A DNA stretch of 64,000 nt from the human T2T-CHM13v2.0 reference genome, Homo sapiens. Positions within the stretch are counted from its first letter, which is position 1; every line of letters starts with the position of its first letter. The position numbers and the translations under genes were made by a program. A model generated the notes under the pieces. That model was given only the letters and a program-made list of their open reading frames with translations, ran no database searches and was not told where the DNA came from. Shown here in pieces: positions 49,478 to 64,000 of the stretch. Location: assembly GCF_009914755.1 (NCBI RefSeq), contig NC_060947.1; one strand, 5' to 3'.

Positions 49478-49482
49478 AGAAA

Positions 49483-49944
49483 TGTAGCAGGAAAAGCCAC
49501 AGATAAAACCCCTCAGACACTGAGTTAAAGAAGGAAGGGTTTTATTCGGCCGGGAGCTTCGGCAAGACTCATGTCTCCAACAACTGAGCTCCCTGAGTGA
49601 GCAATTCCTGTCCCTTTTAAGGGCTCACAACTTTAAGGGGGTCTGTGTGAGAGGGTTGTGATCTATTGAGAAAGCAGGGGGTATGTGACTGGGGGCTGCA
49701 TTCACTGGTAATTAGAATGGAACAGAACAGGACAGGGATTTTTACAGTGCTTTTCTATACAGTGTCTGTAATCTACAGATAACATAACCGATTAGGCTGG
49801 GGTTGATCTTTAACTACCAGGCCCAGGGTGTGGTGCCGGGCTGTCTGCTTATGGAATTCATTTCTGCCTTTTAGTTTTTACTTCTTCTTTCTTTGGAGGC
49901 AGAAATTGGGCATAAGTCAATATGAGGGGTGGTCTCCTCCCTTA
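49483..49944 (-). repeat. 5' LTR (LTR2 family)
   Basis: Direct repeat of 42194-42656, adjacent to the PBS. Confidence 0.9.
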
Positions 49945-51643
49945 CTAAGAGAAAAGTTTAAACATTTAAATGCCTACATCAGGAATTCTGAAAAAGCATA
50001 TATAGACAATCTATGGTCATGCCTCAAGGAACTGGAGAAACAAGAACAAATCAAGCCCAAACTCAGCAGAAGAAAGGAAATAACCAAGATCAGAGCAGAA
50101 CTAAATACAACTGAAACAAAAATATACAAAAGATAAATGAAATAAAAAACTGGTTCTTTGAAAAGACAAATAAAATTGATAGACCGTTAGGGAGATTAAC
50201 CAAGAAAATAAGAGAATCCAAATAAGCTCAACTAGAAAAGAAACAGGAGATATTACAACTGATACCATAGAAATTCAAAAGATCACTCAAGGCTACTATG
50301 AACACCTTTACATGCATAAACTAGAAAACCTAGAGAAGATTGATAAATTCCTGGAAATATACAATGCTCCTAGTTTAAAGCAGAAAGAAATAGAAACCTG
50401 TACAGACCAACAGCAAGCAACGAGATTGAAATGGTAATAAAAAAATTGCCAACAACAACAAAAAACCCAGGGTACACAGCTGAATTCTATCAGACATGCA
50501 AAGAAGATTTGGTACCCATGTTATTGACACTATTCCAAAATACAGAGAAAGATGGAATCCTCCTCAAATCATTTTATGAAGCCAGTGTCACCCTAATACC
50601 AAAACCAGGAAAGGACACAACAAAAAAAGAGAACTACAGACCAATATCCCTGATGAACATAGATGCAGAAATCCTCTATGAAATACTGGTGAATGGAATC
50701 CAACAGCATATCAAAAATAATCTACCATGATCAGGTGGGTTTCATACAAAGTATGCAGGGATGTTTTAACACCCAACAGTAAATAAATGTGATACACCAC
50801 ATAAATAGAATTAAAAACAAAAATTACATGGTCATTTCAATAGATGCAGAAAAAGCATTTGACAAAATCTAGCATCCCTCAGTAAAATCGGCATAGAAGG
50901 CGCATACCTTAAGGTATGACAGGCCATACCTTAAGATATGTCAAGCCATCTATGACAAACCCACAACCAACATTATATTGAATGGGGAAAAGTTGAAAGC
51001 CTTCCCCCTGAGAACTGAAACAAGACAAGGATGCCCACTTTCACCACTTCTATTCAACATATTACTGGAAATCACACAAGGGAAAGAAATCAAGGGCATC
51101 CAAATTGGTAAAGAGGAAGTCAAACTGTCACTGTTTGCTGATGACATGATTGTATACCTACAAAACCCTAAAGACACATCTGGAAAGCTCCTAGAACTGG
51201 TAAATGAATTCAGCAAAGTTTCAGAATACAAAATTAATATACACAAATCAGTACCATTTGTCATACCAGTACCCAGCACCTTCTGTTGAATAGGGTATTC
51301 TTTCTACACTTTATGTTTTTGTTTGCTTTGTTGAAGATTAGTTGACTGTAAACATTTGGCTTTATTTCTGGTTCTCTATTCTGTTCCATTGCTCTATGTG
51401 CCTTTTTTTATACTAGTACCATGCTGTTTTGGTGACTATGGCCTTATAGTATAGTTTAAAGTTGGGTAATGTGATTCCTCCAGATTTCTTCTTTTTGCTT
51501 CACCTTGCTTTGGCTATGTGGGATCTTTTTTGGTTCCATATGAATTTTAGGATTTTTTTTCTAGTTCTATGAAGAATAATGTTGGTATTTTGATGGAAAT
51601 TGCATTGAATGTAAAAAAATGAAACTGAATCCTCACCTCTCAC

Positions 51644-52001
51644 TGTATTGGTCCATTTTCCTGCTGCTGATAAATACATACCTGAGACTGGACAATTTAC
51701 AAAAGAAAGAGGTTTAATGGACTCACAGTTCCATGCAGCTGGGGAGACCTCACAATCAGAGCAGAAGGTGAAAGTCACATCCCACATGGCAGCAGAAAAG
51801 AGAAGAGAATGAAAATCAAGCAAAAGGGGTTTCCTCTTATAAAACCATCAGTTATTGTGAGACTTATTTACTACTATGAGACAGTATGGAGGAAAGCACG
51901 CCCATGATTCAATGATCTCCCACTGGGTTTCTCCCACAACATGAATTATAGGAGCTACAATTCAAGATGAGATTCGTGTGGAACACAGCAAAACCATATC
52001 G
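51644..52001 (-). mobile_element. THE1 (MaLR) solo LTR
   Basis: TGTATTGGTCCATTTTC...AAACCATATCG; 5-bp TSD CTCAC at 51639-51643 and 52002-52006. Confidence 0.9.
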
Positions 52002-52808
52002 CTCACCTTATATAAAAATCAACTCAAGATGGATCAAAGTCTTAAATCTAAGACCTGAAACCATAAAAATTCTAGAAGATAACATTGGAAAAATCCTTCT
52101 AGACATTGGCTTGTGCCAAGATTTTATGATCAAGAACCCAAAAACAAATGTATCAAAATCAAAGATAAATAGATGGGACTTAAATAAACTAAAGTTACTG
52201 CACAGCAAAAGAAATAATCAGTAGAATAAACAGACATCCCAGAGAGTGAGATAAAATCTTCATAATCTATACATCTGACAAAGTATTAATATCTGGAATC
52301 TACAAGGAACTCAAACAAATCAGCAAGAAAAAAAATCCCATCAAAATGTGGGCTAAGGACATGAATAGACAATTCTCAAAAGAAGATATACAAATGGCCA
52401 AAAACATATGGAAAAAAATGCTCAACAGCACTAAGGATCAGGGAAATTCAAATCAAAACCACAGTGTGATATCACATTACTTCTGCAAGAATGGCCATAG
52501 TCAAAAAAATAAAAAAAAGTAATGGATGTTGGCATGGATATGGTGAAAAGGGCACACTTTTAAACTGTTGGCGGAAATGTAAACTAGTACAGCCTCTATG
52601 GAAAACAGTGTGAAGATTCCTTAAAGAACTAGAAGTAGAACTACCATTTGATCCAGCAATTCCACTCCTGCGTATCTACCCAGTGAAAAGAAGTCATTAT
52701 ACGAAAAAAGATACTTGCACATGCATGTTTATAGCAGCACGATTTGCAATTGCAAAAATATGGAACCAGCTTAAATGCCCATCAATCAGAGTGGAAAAAT
52801 AAAATGTG

Positions 52809-52890
52809 AGATAGATATAGATATAGACATAGACATAGATATAGACATAGACATAGATATAGATATATAGATATAGATGTAGATATATAT
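52809..52890. repeat. (ATAGAY)n hexamer microsatellite inside the L1PB
   Basis: Directly visible ATAGAT/ATAGAC units. Confidence 0.9.
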
Positions 52891-53252
52891 GTGCCATGGA
52901 ATACTACTCAGACAGAAAAAGTAATGAAATAGTAGCATTTGCAGCAACCTGGATGGAATTGGAAACTGTTATTCTAAGTGAAGTAACTCAGGAATGGAAA
53001 ACCAAATATCGTATATTCTCACTCATAAGTGAGAGCTGAGCTATGAGGATGCAAATGCATAAGAATGATACAATGAACTTTGGGGATTCAGGGGAAAGGG
53101 TGGGAGGGAGGTGAGGGATAAAAGACTACACATTGAATACAGTGTACACTGCTCAGGTGATGGGTGCACAAAAGTATCAGAAATCACCACTAAAGAACTC
53201 ATTCATGTAACCAAATACCACCTGTTCCCCAAAAACCTATTGAAATAAAAAT

Positions 53253-53412
53253 AAAACATTTTGAAGACTACCTCTATAAAGTACCTTTTCCAAGATGTTT
53301 ATACCAGATATATCTTAATCTCTAAATTGTATTAGATGGCATAGATTCTAATAAGCTTTGATAAGCTTGGAATTTGTTCCTTTCATCCTACTCTCCAAAG
53401 AAAATTTACTCT
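53253..53412 (-). pseudogene. Middle 3'UTR fragment of the H3.3 retrocopy
   Basis: Non-TE spacer between two L1 TSDs; minus strand ATCTGGT...TTTATAGAGGTAGTCTTC resembles the recalled H3F3B 3'UTR. Confidence 0.55.
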
Positions 53413-57200
<3,788 letters not shown>

Positions 57201-58285
57201 TGTTAAACTTTTAACTACTTCACTGCCAACATTAAACATTAAAACCATTAACATAAAAAAATTTAAGTAACTCAGTGAAGAAAATCTTCTTCAACAATGG
57301 CTAATCTGTGCATCTAGTATTAGATTTTTGTCTTTCTCAAGGAAACATTATTAGTGACTATACTATATATTAAAATTAAATTGAATATATACATTTCCAA
57401 AAAGCATAACATGGAAATCAAGGCATCCATCAAATTTATGTACTGAACCAAAGTCTTGATTTTCAGAATTCACTGGTCAGTCATGATTCTAGACCAAGGC
57501 TGTCAAAACATGTTTTTATTTTTATGTATTTATTTATTTAGTTTATTTAATTTTTAATTTTTTATTTTAAGTTCAGGGGTACATGTTCAAGTTTGTTATA
57601 TAGGTAAACTTGTGTCATGGACATTTGTTGTACAGACTATTATCTCACTGAGGTACTAAGCCTAGTACCCAATAGTTATTTTTTCTGATCCTTTCCCTCT
57701 TCCCACCCCTCACATTTGAGTAAGCTCCAGTGTCTGTTGTTCCCTGATATGTGTCCATGTGTTCTTATCATTTAGCTCCCACTTATAAGTGAGAACATGC
57801 AGTATTTGGTTTTCTGTTCCTGCATTAGTTTGCTAAGGATAATGGCCTCCAGCTCCATCTATGTTTCTGCCAAGGACATGATCTCATTCTTTTTTATGGC
57901 TGCGTAATCTACAGTGTACTTATAATGCTTCTTTTTTTAAAAAAAAAATCCAATCTACTATTGATGGGCATTTCAGATGACTCTGTGTCTTTCCTATTGC
58001 GAATAGTGCTGCAATGAACATATTCATTCATGTCTTTATGATAGAACAATTCATATTATTTGAGTATATACCCAGTAATGGGATTGCTGAGTTGAATGGT
58101 AGTTCTGTTTTTATGTCTGTGAGGAATCGCCATACTGTTTTCCACCATGGTTGAATTAATTTACACTCCCACCAACAGTGTATAAGCATTCCCTTTTCTC
58201 TGCAATCTTGCCACCATCTGGTTTTTTTTTTTGACATTTTAATAATAACTGTATGGGTATGAGATGTTATCTCATGTGGTTTTGA

Positions 58286-58590
58286 TTTTTTTTTTTTAGA
58301 GGTAGTCTTGCTCTGTTGCCCATGCTAGACTGCAGTTGCATAATCTCAGCTCACTGCAACCTCCGCCTCCTGGGTTCAAGCAATTCTCATGCCTCAGCCT
58401 TGCGGGTAGCTGGGATTGCAGGCACATGCCACCACACCTGGCTATCTTTTTTGTTTTGTTTTGTATTTTTAGTAGAGACGGGGTTTCACCATGTTGGGCA
58501 GGTTGGTCTTGAACTCCTGACCTCAAGTGATCTGCCTACCTCAGCCTCCTAAAAAGCTGGGATTACAGGCGTGAACCACCACACCTGGCC
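58286..58590 (-). mobile_element. AluS
   Basis: Poly(T), dimeric body, ends CACACCTGGCC; no clear TSD. Confidence 0.92.
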
Positions 58591-61500
58591 ATTGAGCAGT
58601 TTTTTTTTTCCTATATGATTGTTGGCTGCATGTATGTCTTCTTTTGAGAAGGGTCTGTTCATGTCCTTTGCCCACTTTTAAATGGGGTTGTTTTTACCTT
58701 GTAAATTTGTTTAAGTTCCTTATAGATATTGAATATTAGACCCTTCTTGGATGCATAGTTTGCAAAACTTTTTTCAATTCTGTAGGTTTTCAGTTCACTC
58801 AATTGATAGTTTCTTTCACTGTGTAGAAACTCTTTAGTTTAACTAGATGCCATTTGTCAATTTTTGCTTTTGTTGCAATTACTTCCTGTGTCTTCGTCAT
58901 GAAATCATTGCCTTTTTGTAGATCCAGGATGGTATTGCCTAAGTTTTCTTCCAGTATTTTTATACTTTTGGATTTCACATTTAAGTCTTTAATCCATATT
59001 GAGTTGATTTTTGAATAAGGCGTAAGGAAGGGGTCCAGTTTCAGTCTTCTGCATATGGCTAGTGAGTTATCCTAGCACCATTTATTCAATTAGGGGATTG
59101 TTTGTTTCCCCACTGCCTGTTTCATTTTTAGCTTTGTTGAAGATCAGATAGTTGTAGGTATGTGGCCTTCTTTTTGGGCTCATTATCCTGTTATATTGGT
59201 CTATGTGTCTATTTTTGTACCAGTACCATGCTGTTTTGGTTACTGTAGCTTGTTAGTATAGTTTGAAATCAGGTATTGTGATGCCTCCAGCTTTGCTCTT
59301 TTTGCTTTGGTGAACTATTTGGGCTCTTTTTGGTTCCACATGAATTTTAAAATAGTATTTTCTATTTATTTGAAAAATGGCATCTGTAGTTTGATAGGAA
59401 TAGCATTGAATCTATACATTGCTTTGGACTGTATGGCCATTTTAGTGATATTGATTCTGTCTATTCATGATCCCATATTTGCATTTGTATAATCTCTGAT
59501 TTCTTTGGCAGTGTTTTAGGAATGGAATGGAATGGAATGGAATAGCATTCCTGATTTAGCTCGTGGCTTAACTGTTGTTGGTGTATAGGAATGCTAGTGA
59601 TTTTCCTGAGACTTTGCTGAAGTTGCTTATCAGCTTAAGAGCTTTTGGGCTGACACTGTGTGGTTTTCTAGATATAGGATCATGTTGCCTGCACACAGGG
59701 ATAGTTTGACTTCCTCTCTTCCTATTCATATTCCCTTTTTTTATTTCTCTTACCTGAATGCTCTGGCCAGAACTTCCAATACTATGTTGATTGGGAGTTG
59801 TGGGAGAGTGCATCCTCTTCTCGTGCTGGTTTTCAAGGGACAAAAGGTGGTTTCCAGTTTTTGCCCATTCAGTATGATGTTGGCTGTGTGTTTGTCATAG
59901 ATGGCTCTTATTATTTTGAGATATGTTACCTCATTACCTAGTTTATTGAGAGTTTTTAACATGAAGGAGTGTTGAATTTCACTGAAAGCCTTTCCTGCAT
60001 CTATTGTGATAATCATGTGGTTTTTGTCTTTAGTTCTGCTTATGAGATGAATCCCATTTATTGATGTGCATATGTTGAACTGATCTTGCATCCCAGGGAT
60101 AAAGCCAATTTTATCATGGTGGATAAGCCTTTTGATGTGCTGTGGAATTCGGTTTGCCAGTATTTTGTTGATGATATTTTCATCAGTGTTCATCAAGGAT
60201 ATGGCCTGAAGTTTTCTACTTTTGTTGTGTCTCTGTCGGGTTTTGGTATCAGGGTGATGCTGGCCTCGTAGAATGAGTTAGGGAGGAGTCCCTCCTTCTC
60301 ATTTTTTTGCAATAGGTTTAGTAGGAATGGTAGCAGATCTTTGTACACCTTGTAGAATTGGGTTGTGAATCTGTCTGGTCCTGTGCTCTTTTTTTATGGA
60401 GGATGTGGCTGGTAGGCTATTACTGATTCAACTTCAGGGCTTTTTATTGGCCTGTTCAGAAATTTAATTTTTTCCTGGCTCTGTCTTGGGAGGGCGTATA
60501 TGTCCAGAAATTTATCAATTTCCTCTAGATTGTCTAGTTTATGTGCATAGAGGTGTTAATAATATTCTTTGTTGGCTATCTGTATTTCTGTAGGGTCAAT
60601 GGTAATATCCCCTTTGTCATTTCTAATTGTGTTTATTTGGATATTCTTTCTTTCTTCTTTATTAATCTAACTAGAAGTCTATTTTATTAGTTACTTCAAA
60701 AAACAAACCCCTGGATTCATTAATCTTTTGAATTTTTTTTTGTGTGTGTTTGTGTTTCTCAGTCTCCTTCAGTTCAGCTCTGATTTTTTTTTTTCTTCTA
60801 CTAGCTTTGGGATTGTTTTTTTCTTGTGCTTCTTTAGTTCTTTTAGTTGTGATGTTAGGTTGTTAAATGGAGATCTTTCCAACTTTGTGATGTGGGCATT
60901 TTGTGCTGTAAACTTTCCTTTTCCCTCTTCATACTGCCTTAGCTGTGTCCCAGAGATTCTGTAATGCTGCACCTTTGTTCTCACTGGTTTCAAAGAAGGC
61001 CTTGATTTATGCCTTAATTTCATTATTTACCAAAAAGTCATTCAGAAGCAGGTTATTCAGTTTCCATGTAATTGTATGGTTTTGAGTGAATTTCTTAGTC
61101 TTGATTTCTAATATGATTGGACTTTGTTCTGAGAGACTGTTATGATTTCAGTTTTTTTGCATTTGCTTAGCAGTATTCTGTGTTCGATTATGTGGTTGAT
61201 TTTGATGTACATGTGGTGATGAGAAGGATGCATATTCTGTTGTTTTGGGTGGATAGTTATGTAGATTTCTATCAAGTCCATTTTATCCAGTGCTGAGTTC
61301 ACATGTTGAATATCTTTGTTCATTTTCTGCCTCAGTGATCAGTCTAATACTGTAAGTGGGATGTTGAAGTATTCCACTGTTATTGTGTGGGAGTCTAAAA
61401 GTATCTTTGAAGGTCTCTAAGAATTTGCTTTATGAATCTGTGTGCTCTTGTGTTGGATGCATATATATTTGGGATAGTTAGGTGCTCTTGTTGAAGTGAA

Positions 61501-62077
61501 CCCTTTGCTATTATGTAATACCTTTTCTTTCTTGATCTTTGTTGGTTTAAAGTCTGTTTTGTCAGAAACTTGGATTGCAACCCCTGCTTCTTTGTGTTTC
61601 CATTTGCTTGGTAGATTTTTTTCATCCCTTTATTTTAAGCCTGTAGGTGTCACTGCATGTGAGATAGGTTTCTTGAGGACAGCATGCCAACAGGGTCTTG
61701 GTTCCTTACGCAGCTTGCCACTTTGTGTCTTTTAAATGGGGGCCTTTAGCCCATTTACATTCAAGGTTAGTATAGGTATGTGTGGATTTGAATCTGTCAT
61801 CATATTAGCTGGTTATTATGCAGACTCGTTAGTGTGGTTGCTTTATGTTGTCATTAGTCTGTGTACTTCAGTATTTTTCTGGAGTGGCTGGTAATGGTCT
61901 TTCCTTTCCATATTTAGTGTTTCCTTCAGGAGCTCTTGTAAGGCAGTTCTGGTGGGAGCAAATTCCCTTGACATTTGCTTATCTGAAAAGGATCTTATTT
62001 TTCCTTTGCTTATGAAGCTTAGCTTGGCCAGATATGGAATTCTGAGTTGCAATTTATTTTCTTTAAGAATGTTGAAC

Positions 62078-62207
62078 TTGGGTGGCTGAAGTGCGAGGAT
62101 CCCTTGAGCCCAGGAATTCAAGGTTGCATGTAGCTATGATCATGCCACTGCACTCCAGCCTGCATGACAAAGTGAGACCCTGTCAAAACAAACAAACAAA
62201 CAAACAA
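62078..62207 (+). mobile_element. 5'-truncated AluJ/FRAM-like monomer with (AAAC)n tail
   Basis: TSD AAGAATGTTGAAC at 62065-62077 and 62208-62220. Confidence 0.88.
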
Positions 62208-62354
62208 AAGAATGTTGAACATTGCCTGGCTTGTAGGGTTTCTGCTGAGAGGTCCACTGTTAGTCTGATGGGTGTCCTTTTGTAGGTGACCTGCCCTTTC
62301 TGTCTAGCTGCATTTAACATTTTTTTCTTTTATTTTGACCTTGGAGAAACTGAT

Positions 62355-62802
62355 GACACAGAAGTATAGAGCTGTGAAATGGGAAATCAGGGGTCTCACA
62401 GCCTTCAGAGCTGAGAGCCCCAAACAGAGATTTACCCACGTATTTATTAACAACAAGCCAGTCATTAGCATTGTTTCTATAGATATTAGATTAACTAAAA
62501 GTATCCCTTATGGGAAATGAAGGAATGGGCCAAAATAAAGGGATGGGTTGGGCTAGTTATCTGCAGCAGGAGCATGTTCTTTAGGCACAGATCGCTCATG
62601 CTATTGTTTGTGGTTTAAGAATGCCTTTAAGTGGTTTTCTGCCCTGGGTGGGCCAGGTGTTCCTTGCCCTCATTCCAGTAAACCCACAACCTTCCAATGT
62701 GGGTGTTATGGCCATCATGAACATCACAGTGCTGCAGATATTTTGTTTATGGCCAGTTTTGGGGCCAGTTTATGGCCAGATTTTTGGGGCCTGTTCCCAA
62801 CA
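62355..62802 (-). mobile_element. MER9 (HERV-K HML-3) LTR, U5 end missing
   Basis: Minus strand begins TGTTGGGAACAGGCCCCAAAAATCTGGCCATAAACTGGCCCC and contains AATAAA. Confidence 0.85.
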
Positions 62803-63639
62803 TCCAGTATCCCTGGTGGTTGAAGGGTCTCTTTCTGTTGGAATTTCAGAGGCCCGTGGTGACAGGAGGTTGCTCCTTGTCGGTTCAACTCACCCATTCC
62901 CCTTAATTTGTTGGGGACCAGGAATAAGTCCGAGTGCATGGTAGCCCCTTGTAGAGTCCCCAGAGTCTTCCCCCTTCAACCCAGCTTTTGTGTCTTCCTT
63001 CCATCTATTCTCAGTATCTTCCATTTGAATACTTTTTAGGAGCATGCCATTTGTGTCAGTACCTCAGTGGCATCTGTTCCACCTGGCTGTGTCTGGTCAG
63101 CCACTTTACTTAACAAGTGTTTATAAATGGTTAAGATTTCTTGTTCATAAATGGAACAGACCATCCTCTATGTGATAATTACTTTCACATAATCATTTTG
63201 GGGTCCTAGATATTTTAATTGTTGTTCTACTTCATCATGTGAAGATATGCATGATTCTCAGCCAGAGAAAAATGTGAAACCAAGCAGGATCTAGACCCTG
63301 ACCTCATAGAGCATGGCCTGGCCAAATCCTATGGTTCCAGAGCAGAAAGGACACACTCTTCTAAGATTTTTAAAATTTAAATTAAAACTTTATATTTAGT
63401 AAAATTCTCTCATAATGTAGTGTTTTTATGAGTTTACAAAATGAGTCATATATCTACCATAACAATCAAGATAAAAATTAAATCACCTCACAATTATCCC
63501 TTATGCTGTCCCTTTGTTGTCAAGCCCTTCTCCCACCTTCGTCACCCTTGGTAAACACTGCCACTATTTTCTACGTTTCTAAGCTTTATCTTCTTCACAA
63601 TGGCATATAAATAGAATAATACAGTCCATACTCCTGAGA

Positions 63640-64000
63640 AACAAACACATCAAACAAACCAGATTCTGATAATGATATAGATGTTGGAAATGCCTGAAAG
63701 GGAAGTAAAAATAACTATGATTAAAATGTTAAAGGCTCTAATAGAAAAGGTGAACCACCTGCAAAATAAGATGGGTAATTTCATTAGAGAGATTAAAACT
63801 CTAAGAATAAAATGGAAATGCTAGAAATTAAAAACACAATAATAGATATAGTCTCTTTATTGGCCTTATCAGGAGACTTGACACAGCTGAGAAAATCATT
63901 AGTGACCTTAAAGATATGTCGATAAAACTCGTCCAAACTGAAACACTAGGAAAAAGAAAAGGAAGAAAATGAAATATATCATCCAGGATCTGTGGGATAA
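63640..64000 (+). mobile_element. Old L1M ORF1 remnant
   Basis: AAAATAACTATGATTAAAATGTTAAAGGCTCTA...GACTTGACACAGCTGAG, typical of L1M ORF1. Confidence 0.6.

Larger units (their letters stand above)
42194..49944 (-). mobile_element. LTR2-flanked class I provirus (Harlequin/HERV-E related), non-coding mosaic
   Basis: Two LTRs of about 462 bp, PBS, polypurine tract AAAGTGGGGGAA (42657-42668, minus), 4-bp TSD CAAA/CTAA (42190-42193, 49945-49948), env and pol remnants. Confidence 0.88.
39246..53252 (+). mobile_element. Full-length L1PB-like element, interrupted by an ERV, an inversion and THE1
   Basis: 5'UTR, decayed ORF1 (40737..40946), decayed ORF2 (41617, 49828, 50431, 50978, 51967 fragments), L1PB-type 3'UTR ending in AATAAA at 53244-53249. 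Probable decayed TSD AAAACCATCTT (39234) / AAAACATTTT (53253). Confidence 0.88.
57530..63108 (-). mobile_element. Old L1PA (about PA13-16) element with Alu and MER9 insertions and an ORF1 deletion
   Basis: 3'UTR at 57530, decayed ORF2 (59750..60196, 61395..61625), ORF1 C-terminus (61843..62121, YLAKLSFIS), and a probable 5'UTR remnant at 62803-63108 (less certain). Confidence 0.8.

Overview
Primate (very probably human, X-linked) genomic DNA from the middle of the hephaestin gene (HEPH, + strand). Eleven consecutive GT-AG coding exons (12021-31890; 1938 nt, phases consistent) encode the central cupredoxin domains; both ends of the gene lie outside the window. The flanking introns are almost all transposons. 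Upstream, an old antisense L1 hosts three younger L1s, including a full-length pre-Ta L1HS with intact ORF1 and ORF0, a broken ORF2, a short 3' transduction and an antisense promoter facing the HEPH exons. Downstream, an ancient degraded histone H3.3 retrocopy (H3F3B-like) has been split across about 18 kb by a full-length L1PB (containing an LTR2/Harlequin-type provirus, a THE1 LTR and an internal inversion) and by an L1PA2-like copy. I see no evidence for a new multi-gene system. The best leads are the hidden H3.3 retrocopy and the L1 ORF0-HEPH chimera configuration. Family assignments come from recalled consensus sequences, not database searches.
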